Notes under the pieces: generated by a model | Database searches by the model: none | Seen by the model: only the letters and a program-made list of their open reading frames with translations | Told to the model about the DNA's origin: nothing | Assembly: GCA_038245515.1 (NCBI GenBank) | Contig: JBBRSJ010000001.1 | Span: 169,376-233,375, forward strand | Direction: 5' to 3' | DNA: 64,000 nucleotides | Source: Candidatus Limnocylindrales bacterium | GTDB lineage: Bacteria; Chloroflexota; Limnocylindria; Limnocylindrales; CSP1-4 | Part shown: one piece after another, positions 57,295 to 64,000 of the stretch | Layout of the letters: each line of letters opens with the position of its first letter | Numbering within the stretch: position 1 is the stretch's first letter | Made by a program: the position numbers and the translations under genes

Positions 57295-59718
57295 CTACAG
57301 CTTCAGGATCGTCGCTCCGTCGCCGCCCTCGCCCCGTTCGCCCGGTCGTGCGCTGGTGACGAGCGGATGGGCGCCCGCCCGGGTCCGGACCGCATCCCGC
57401 AGCGCCCCGGTTCCGAGGCCGTGGATCACGATCACCTGATCGAGCCCGGCCAGGCCCGCGTCGTCGAGATAGCCGTCGAGGGCGTCGAGGGCCTCCTCGA
57501 CCCGGGCGCCGCGGAGATCGAGCGAGGACGCCACCGTCCGGGCGCGGTCCAGCCGGAGCGACCCGATCCCGACCCCTTCGCGGCCTCGCCGTCCGTCGGG
57601 CCGGTCCGAGCCGTCGCGGGTGATCCGGGCGTTGCTTCCGATGGTGCGGTCGGGGTCGGGTGGGACGGTCGGCGACACGACCGGTTCCAGGTCGTCGGTT
57701 GCCACGATGACCCGCATCTCGCCCGACTCCAGGGTCGCCCGGGTGCCGCCCTTCTCGAGCGCCGCGATCCGACCTTCCCAGCTTCCGCTCCGGCTGCGCG
57801 CCTGTTCCCCGAGACGCCACACGTGCGGCGCGTCGGGCACAGCCGGCGAGGGCTCGCCCGCTGCGCCGTCGGTCGTGCCCTCCGCCAGGCGGGCCAGCTG
57901 GGTCTCCGCCCGGGCGACCGCGCCATCGAGCAAGGGTGCCGTCACGACCTCCCGCTCGAGCGCGACACGGGTCGCCCGGACCTCGTCGCGGATCGTGGCG
58001 ACCAGGCCTTCGGCCTCGGCCCGTGCTGCGGCGACCGCCTCATCGCGTTCCCGGCGCGCGCGACGGCGTTCCTCGACCGCGAGCCGCAGGGCGTCGGCCG
58101 CGCGCGCCTCGGCGGATCGCGCCCGCTCGAGGGCCTCGCTCGTCTCGCCTTCGGTCTCGCGGATCCGGGCGAGCGTCTCCTCGAACGCGCGCTGGTTCTC
58201 GGACAGCCGCGAGCGAGCGTCGGCGACGATGTCCGGCGCCAGTCCGAGCCGCTCCGCGATCGCGAACGCCTGGCTGCCGCCGGGCAGGCCGATCGTCAGG
58301 TGGTAGGTGGGCGACAGCGTCTCGAGATCGAACTCGACCGACGCATTGCGGGCGCCTGGGGTCGTGTGAGCGTAGGCCTTCAGCTCGGCGTAGTGGGTCG
58401 TCGCGGCGACGAGAGCGCCGGCCCGGATGAAGTGGTCCAGGAGCGCCTGGGCCAGCGCCGAGCCCTCGGTCGGATCGGTGCCCGCGCCGAGCTCGTCGAG
58501 CAGGACGAGCGTCCCAGGTCCGGCCGCTTCGACGATCCGGGTGATCGATCGGAGGTGGCCCGAGAACGTCGAGAGGCTCTGGGCGATCGACTGCTCGTCG
58601 CCGATGTCGGCGAAGACGTCGCCGAAGATCGGGAGGCGTGAACCGGCCTCGGCCGGGACGTGCAGCCCGGCCTGGTGCATCAGGCTGAGCAGGCCGAGCG
58701 TGCGGAGGGTGACCGTCTTGCCGCCGGTGTTCGGGCCGGTGACGACGAGCGCGGTGTAGCCGTCGCCGAGCCGGATGTCGGTCGGGACGACCCGCCCGGT
58801 GAGCCCCGGATGGCGGGCACCGAGCAGGATCACCTCCGGTCGCGCCGCGGTCTCCGCCCGGACTCCGTCCATGTCGGCCGCGAGGTTCGCCTTGGCCGCC
58901 CAGAAATCGAACCGGGCGAGGGCCCCGAGCGTCTCGCGCAGGGCGACGGCGTTCGCGGCCACGAGCGCCGATAGATCGTCGAGGATCCGGTTGATCTCCT
59001 CCTGGGCCGCGATCTGGGCCTCGCGCCAGGCGTTCCCGAGCTCGACGGCGATGAGCGGCTCGATGAACAGGGTCGCACCGCTGCCCGAGCTGTCGTGGAC
59101 GATCCCCTTGACCCTGGCCCGCGCCTCGGCCTTGACCGGAACGACATAGCGGCCGTTGCGGAGGGTGACGATCGGGTCCTGGAGGGCGCCGCCGAGCTCC
59201 GAGCCGACGAGGGCGTCGAGCCGCCGGCGGAGCCGGTCGTAGGCGACCCGGACGGCGGACCGGAGGCCGCCGAGTCGGGGCGACGCGGTGTCGAGGAGCT
59301 CGCCGGCGGGATCGAAGCTCCGGGCAAGGGTCGAGCGGATCGCGGGCAGCGGATGGAGGTCGCGGGCGAGCGCGTGGAGGAGCGGCCGGCGATCGTCGGC
59401 CAGCGAGGTCTGGAGGCGGCTCGCGGCATCGAGGGTCTCGGCAAGCTCGAGGAACTGGGCCGGATCGAGCCGGCCGCCGCGCGCCGCCCGTTCGACCGCG
59501 GGCCCGATGTCGCGCGCCGCTCCGATCCCCACGCCGGGCCGCTCGGACAGGAGCGAGCGAGCCTGATCGGTCTCGTCGAGGCCGAGTCCGACGACGACCG
59601 GGTCGTCTTCGGGCTGGAGCGTCTCGGCCAGGTGCCGCGACGGCGGGAATTGGGTCTTCTCGGCCAGCCGCTCGCGAACGAGCGGGAATTCGAGGAGGGC
59701 GACCGAGCGCGGGTCCAT
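57295..59718 (-). CDS. mutS2: endonuclease MutS2 (Smr domain)
   Basis: Walker A GPNTGGKT, DELGAGTDP, and a C-terminal Smr domain (LDLRG...VIHGLGTGALR). Confidence 0.9.
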   Translation of the reverse strand: MDPRSVALLEFPLVRERLAEKTQFPPSRHLAETLQPEDDPVVVGLGLDETDQARSLLSERPGVGIGAARDIGPAVERAARGGRLDPAQFLELAETLDAASRLQTSLADDRRPLLHALARDLHPLPAIRSTLARSFDPAGELLDTASPRLGGLRSAVRVAYDRLRRRLDALVGSELGGALQDPIVTLRNGRYVVPVKAEARARVKGIVHDSSGSGATLFIEPLIAVELGNAWREAQIAAQEEINRILDDLSALVAANAVALRETLGALARFDFWAAKANLAADMDGVRAETAARPEVILLGARHPGLTGRVVPTDIRLGDGYTALVVTGPNTGGKTVTLRTLGLLSLMHQAGLHVPAEAGSRLPIFGDVFADIGDEQSIAQSLSTFSGHLRSITRIVEAAGPGTLVLLDELGAGTDPTEGSALAQALLDHFIRAGALVAATTHYAELKAYAHTTPGARNASVEFDLETLSPTYHLTIGLPGGSQAFAIAERLGLAPDIVADARSRLSENQRAFEETLARIRETEGETSEALERARSAEARAADALRLAVEERRRARRERDEAVAAARAEAEGLVATIRDEVRATRVALEREVVTAPLLDGAVARAETQLARLAEGTTDGAAGEPSPAVPDAPHVWRLGEQARSRSGSWEGRIAALEKGGTRATLESGEMRVIVATDDLEPVVSPTVPPDPDRTIGSNARITRDGSDRPDGRRGREGVGIGSLRLDRARTVASSLDLRGARVEEALDALDGYLDDAGLAGLDQVIVIHGLGTGALRDAVRTRAGAHPLVTSARPGERGEGGDGATILKL

Positions 59719-59720
59719 CG

Positions 59721-60449
59721 TCAGCGGTCGGAAGACAGCGGAGCCGGCGGCTTTGACGAAACGGCCGGGTTGCCCGCGATCGAGAAGCGCCACGGCAGGC
59801 TGCTCCAGGGGTCGCCCGCGTAGCCGATCCCGACGCGGGGGCTCGCCACGATGACCGGCGCCGGCTCGCCGGACGGCGGCGGCTCCAGCCGGACGGGTGA
59901 GGCGGGATCGAGCAGGTCAAGCCCGGTCAGCGTCCGATCGAGGTCGAACGCCGCGCAGACGAGTCCGGGACCGGCCCCGAGGCGCACGTTCGGCACCCGC
60001 GCCCGTGGCTCGGCGGTCCCCTCCCCCGGATTCGCGCCGCGCATCACGGGCTTCCGCCTCGCGTTCGCCCGGTGGGCTCGGGCGGCCCGCATCCGCTCGA
60101 CGCCCAGGATCGGCTCGACGGCCCGGACGAGGAGCGCGGCGGGTCTCCCGGCGGGCTCGGTGACGATGTTCAGACAGTCGTGCATACCGTAGACAAGGTA
60201 CACGTAGGCCTGTCCCGGTAGCCCGTACATGACCGCGTTGCGAGCCGTTCGGCCGAACCGGGCGTGTGAGGCGCGGTCCTCTTCGCCGATATACGCCTCG
60301 ACCTCGACGATCCGCCCGACGCGCAACCCGGCTTCGTCGCCGTCGTCGCGGACCAGGTGCCAGCCGAGGATCGCGGCGGCGACCTCGAGGGTCGGGCGCT
60401 CCGGACGCAGGACCGCGGCCAGGTCCGGTTCGCGGGGCCGGGCGGTCAC
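59721..60449 (-). CDS. mpg: DNA-3-methyladenine glycosylase (Mpg/AAG family)
   Basis: RIVEVEAYIGEEDRASHA...MYGLPGQAYVYLVYGMH. Confidence 0.85.
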   Translation of the reverse strand: MTARPREPDLAAVLRPERPTLEVAAAILGWHLVRDDGDEAGLRVGRIVEVEAYIGEEDRASHARFGRTARNAVMYGLPGQAYVYLVYGMHDCLNIVTEPAGRPAALLVRAVEPILGVERMRAARAHRANARRKPVMRGANPGEGTAEPRARVPNVRLGAGPGLVCAAFDLDRTLTGLDLLDPASPVRLEPPPSGEPAPVIVASPRVGIGYAGDPWSSLPWRFSIAGNPAVSSKPPAPLSSDR

Positions 60450-60471
60450 GGACGCGCCCGACCGGGCCGGA

Positions 60472-61065
60472 TCAGCCGGGCCGATTGACGTAGAGGGCCT
60501 GAAGATTGCTCGGGATCAGGAGGCCGAAGACCGTGACGAACCCGGGCAGGATACGCGAGCGGAAGATCTCCGCGGTTCCGGACTTGGTCATCTCGTCGTA
60601 GAGGCTGCGGATCCAGGCGAACTCGTTCTCCGAGCGCGGGATCGTCGGGTCGCGGAAGAAGGAGTCGAGGATGACGATGATCGCCCCGATCAGGAACAGC
60701 GCCTGGACGATGCCGAGCAGTCCGCCGATCAACTCGTCGGCGAAATCGGCCTTCTGGAACAGGTCCTGCTTGTGGTAGAAGCCCTGAATCACGAAGGTGA
60801 ACGCGATCGTGGCGGCGACGAACACGATCCCGAACCCGAGCATGACCGCGTACCCCTGCGGGAAGCCGGTCCAGTTCTTCTCCAGGTAGGCGCCCAGCGA
60901 GTCGCGCAGGTTCGCGGCGAAGAGGAACGAGAACAGCATCGACGCCAGGCCGAGGACCCGCCGGATCGTCCCCTGGATGAAGCCCAGCACAAACATGCCG
61001 AAGCAGAACAGCACGACCAGCAGGTCGAACCGGTTGATGGAGCTCAGGACATCCCCGATATTCAC
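60472..61065 (-). CDS. cvpA: CvpA-family membrane protein
   Basis: Four TM helices; MNIGDVLSSINRFDLLVVLFCFGMFVLGFIQG. Confidence 0.8.
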   Translation of the reverse strand: MNIGDVLSSINRFDLLVVLFCFGMFVLGFIQGTIRRVLGLASMLFSFLFAANLRDSLGAYLEKNWTGFPQGYAVMLGFGIVFVAATIAFTFVIQGFYHKQDLFQKADFADELIGGLLGIVQALFLIGAIIVILDSFFRDPTIPRSENEFAWIRSLYDEMTKSGTAEIFRSRILPGFVTVFGLLIPSNLQALYVNRPG

Positions 61066-61157
61066 GGACGCTCCCTCTGGACGAAATCACCGGGCATCTC
61101 ACGCGTCGTGAGGCCGCCACAGGGTAGCAGCGCGGAATCGCGCCGGGCAAGCAGGAC

Positions 61158-63668
61158 TCAGGTCCTGATCCGCCCGCCGATGAGGGTCACCGCAGCCGTG
61201 ATCGCGGCGATCGACGCCTCGATCTCGGACTCGGTTAGCGTCCGATCGTCGGCCTGGAAGCGGAGTCGCCAGGCGAGGCTCTTCTCGTTGGCACCGAGCG
61301 GCGTCCCGCGGTAGATGTCGAACAGGGCCGGCGACGCGAGGTCGGCGCCGGCCGCGCCGCGGATCGCCTCGGCCACCGCAGCTGCCGGGACCGACTCCGC
61401 GACGACGACCGCGAGGTCGCGCTCGGCCGCGGGATGGCGCGACGGGGCGACCGCCCGGACGTCGGCCGGCCGGCCTCCCTCGAGCCCGGCGACATCAAGT
61501 TCGGCGACGACCAGGCGCGCCCCGCGCAGGTCGACATCGTCCGCGACGGCGGGATGAAGCTCGCCGACGAGGCCGCTCAGCGCGACCGCGCCGCCGCGCG
61601 TTGCCCGGACGCGGGCGGCACGGCCCGGATGAAGCAGCGGTTCGCGCGTCTCGGCCTCGTAGGTCGGCGGATCGAACCCGAGGACGCGGCAGACGAGCTC
61701 GATCACGCCCTTGGCATCGTCGATGTCGGCCGGGCGGGTGGGCCGGTTCCAGGCCGGCTCCTCGAACGCGCCCGTGAGCGCGATGCCGAGCCTCGACCAT
61801 TCGCGGGTGACCTCGCCGTCGCGGGCGTAGCCCTTCCCGATCTCGAAGATCGCGATGTCGGGCCGCCCGCGCCGCTGGTTCGTCGCGACGATCTCGATCA
61901 GGCTGCCGACCACGGCCTGCCGGAGGACGGAGTGGTCGGCCGACAAGGGGTTGGTCACGTGGATGGAGCGACCGGTGGCAGGCGGGTGGCCGGCAACCGG
62001 GGGCACCGCCGCCGTCCACGCGAACCGCTCTGCCTGGAGCCGCGAAACCAGCGCATGGCTGACCGTCTCCGTCAGCCCCGCGCCGGCGAGAGTCTGGCGG
62101 ATCCGCGCTCGAATCGCGAGGGGCGACGGGCGCCAGGCCGGCATCGGCGTGTGCGGCAGGATGGCCGGGATCCGGTCGAAGCCGACGACCCGGGCGACCT
62201 CCTCGCTGACGTCGGCTTCGATCGCGATGTCGCACCGCCATGTGGGGACGACCGCAATCAGCGTCTCGGCGGGAGGGGCCGTCACGACCACGTGCTTCGG
62301 CTCCCGCGCGATGACGACGGACGCCGGATCCGGGTCGATGTGGGGCTCGGTCGTGATCCCGACTCGAGCGAGGGCCGCTTCCTGCTCCTCCGTGCCCAAG
62401 GCGGTGCCGAGGAGGCGGTTCACCCGCTGGGGGCGGAACGGGACGCGAGCGGCGGCCGGCTCGTCGGGCGACGTGTCGACGCGGCCTCGGGCAACCGAGC
62501 CGCCTGCCCACTCTGCGACGAGCCGGGACGCTCGATCGGCGCCGATCCGGGCAAGCCGCGTTTCCTGGCCCTTCTCGAACCGGAGGCTGGCCTCGGAGCG
62601 GAGGGCGTAGCGCTGGCCGGTCCTTCGAATCAGGATCGGATCGAAGATCGCGGATTCGACGACGACGCGGGTCGTGCCCGGCCCGACCTCGGAAGCGGCC
62701 CCGCCCATGATCCCCGCGATCCCCAACGCGCCCTGGTCGTCGGCAATGACGAGCGTGTCCGGATCGAGCTCGCGGGCCACGTGGTCGATCGTCTCGAGGC
62801 GCTCCGCGGAGGTCGCCCGGCGGACGACGATCGCGCGGCGCCCCTCGCGGACCGCGATCGCATCTGCGTCGTAGGTATGGATCGGCTTGCCGAGCTCGAG
62901 CATGACGTAGTTGCTGACATCGACGACGTTGCTGATCGGTCGCTGGCCAGCCGCCCGGAGGCGCATCTGGACCCGGTCCGGCGACGGTCCGACCGTTAGC
63001 CGGTCGACCCAGCGGCCGACGAAACGCGGGCACGCCGCGTCGTCGCTCACCTCGACCGACAGCATTCCGGCGACGTCGCGGCCATCCTCCATCGGATCGC
63101 AATCGGGCCAGCGCACGGCGCCACCGGTGATCGCGGCGACCTCCCGGGCGAGCCCCACGAGGGAGAGAACGTCGCCGCGGTTCGGCTTGACGTCCACATC
63201 GAGGACGGTGTCGCCGTAGAGCTCGGTCAGGGCCATGCCGATCGGTGCGTCGGGCGGCAGGATCAGGATCCCGTCGGCGTCGCCTGTGAGATTCAGCTCG
63301 TCGCCCGAGCAGAGCATCCCGTTGCTGACGACGCCCATCTTCTCGGTTCGCTCGATCCGGCGCTCGCCGGGCAGGACCGCTCCGGGCAGGGCGACCGGAA
63401 CGCGCTGCCCGGCGGCGATGTTCGTCGCGCCGCACACGATGTCAAGCGGCTCGCCGTCGCCGACGCGGACGCGGGTCAGGGACAGTCGGTCGGCGCGCGG
63501 GTGCTTCGCGACCGAGAGGAGCTCGCCGACGACGACGTTCCGCCAATCGGCGCCCCAGCGCTCGATCCCCTTGACCTCCATCCCGAGCAACGTCAGCCGC
63601 TCGGCGAGGGCCTCGGGCTCGAGATCAACGTCGACGTAGTCGCGCAGCCAGGTGAGCGGGACGCGCAC
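61158..63668 (-). CDS. pheT: phenylalanine--tRNA ligase beta subunit
   Basis: MRVPLTWLRDYVD... tRNA-binding N-domain, B3/4 and B5 domains. Confidence 0.95.
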   Translation of the reverse strand: MRVPLTWLRDYVDVDLEPEALAERLTLLGMEVKGIERWGADWRNVVVGELLSVAKHPRADRLSLTRVRVGDGEPLDIVCGATNIAAGQRVPVALPGAVLPGERRIERTEKMGVVSNGMLCSGDELNLTGDADGILILPPDAPIGMALTELYGDTVLDVDVKPNRGDVLSLVGLAREVAAITGGAVRWPDCDPMEDGRDVAGMLSVEVSDDAACPRFVGRWVDRLTVGPSPDRVQMRLRAAGQRPISNVVDVSNYVMLELGKPIHTYDADAIAVREGRRAIVVRRATSAERLETIDHVARELDPDTLVIADDQGALGIAGIMGGAASEVGPGTTRVVVESAIFDPILIRRTGQRYALRSEASLRFEKGQETRLARIGADRASRLVAEWAGGSVARGRVDTSPDEPAAARVPFRPQRVNRLLGTALGTEEQEAALARVGITTEPHIDPDPASVVIAREPKHVVVTAPPAETLIAVVPTWRCDIAIEADVSEEVARVVGFDRIPAILPHTPMPAWRPSPLAIRARIRQTLAGAGLTETVSHALVSRLQAERFAWTAAVPPVAGHPPATGRSIHVTNPLSADHSVLRQAVVGSLIEIVATNQRRGRPDIAIFEIGKGYARDGEVTREWSRLGIALTGAFEEPAWNRPTRPADIDDAKGVIELVCRVLGFDPPTYEAETREPLLHPGRAARVRATRGGAVALSGLVGELHPAVADDVDLRGARLVVAELDVAGLEGGRPADVRAVAPSRHPAAERDLAVVVAESVPAAAVAEAIRGAAGADLASPALFDIYRGTPLGANEKSLAWRLRFQADDRTLTESEIEASIAAITAAVTLIGGRIRT

Positions 63669-63669
63669 G

Positions 63670-64000
63670 CTACCCGGCCCTCACGAACTGCTCGAGGAAC
63701 CGCAGGTCGTTCTCCATGTACAGCCGCAGGTCGCCGACCGAATGGCGCAGGTTGGCGATCCGCTCGACGCCCATCCCGAACGCGAAGCCCTGGTAGCGCT
63801 CCGGATCGAGCCCGCCGTACTGAAGGACGACCGGATGGACCATCCCCGCCCCGAGGATCGTCATCCAGCCCGTTCGCGAGCAGGCGGGGCAGCCGGAGCC
63901 ACTGCACACGAGGCATTCGACGTCGAACGCCACCGACGGCTCGGTGAACGGGTAGTAGCCCGGTCGGAAGCGGGTTCGCTTGTCGGCGCCGTAGAGAGCC
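63670..64000 (-). CDS. pheS: phenylalanine--tRNA ligase alpha subunit (C-terminal part; continues beyond the window)
   Basis: Class II motif 3 region ...[31 protein letters not shown]. Confidence 0.95.
   Translation of the reverse strand, partial: ALYGADKRTRFRPGYYPFTEPSVAFDVECLVCSGSGCPACSRTGWMTILGAGMVHPVVLQYGGLDPERYQGFAFGMGVERIANLRHSVGDLRLYMENDLRFLEQFVRAG

Noticed and set aside
1-64000. CRISPR arrays, tRNA/rRNA genes, integrases/transposases, prophage genes
   Set aside because: No periodic short direct repeats with unique spacers, no tRNA-like cloverleaf-compatible segments in the intergenic regions inspected, and no recombinase signatures were seen.

Overview
This 64-kb window has about 72% GC and very high GC3, so most frames are open and many Arg-rich antisense ORFs in the track are spurious. 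Genes were called by recognisable protein signatures, operon couplings (ATGA/GTGA overlaps) and RBS motifs. The taxon is probably a high-GC Gram-positive-like lineage (deep-branching Actinobacteria or Chloroflexi-like; RNase Y plus YmdB present), but this is low confidence.

The housekeeping backbone is: miaB-miaA; PHP-ymdB-rny; recX-recA; tgt-ruvB ... ruvA, ruvC, yebC; an EF-G paralog; a his operon (yerC-hisGDCBHF-IE with hisA displaced and divergent); tyrS; PBP1A; mutS2; mpg; cvpA; pheST.

Accessory content worth a second look:
(1) A lower-GC island at 11.7-15.2 kb carrying a PD-(D/E)xK nuclease plus DUF2075 SF1-helicase protein, an adjacent small protein with a C-terminal HEPN-like Rx4H motif, and a VapBC pair. 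This is a candidate anti-phage or abortive-infection module.
(2) Tandem BcsA-like GT2-PilZ glycosyltransferase paralogs in which the upstream copy has lost several catalytic hallmarks but keeps the c-di-GMP-binding PilZ motifs.
(3) A P-loop kinase gene flanked by diverged ~230-290 bp direct repeats that carry DnaA-box-like 9-mers and a conserved long-range inverted repeat.
(4) A 3.1-kb insertion (Rrf2 regulator, PaaK-like adenylating enzyme, membrane protein) splitting ruvA from ruvB.
(5) An AT-rich palindromic operator candidate between hisA and the YerC(TrpR-family)-his operon.

No rRNA, tRNA, CRISPR array, integrase or transposase was recognised.
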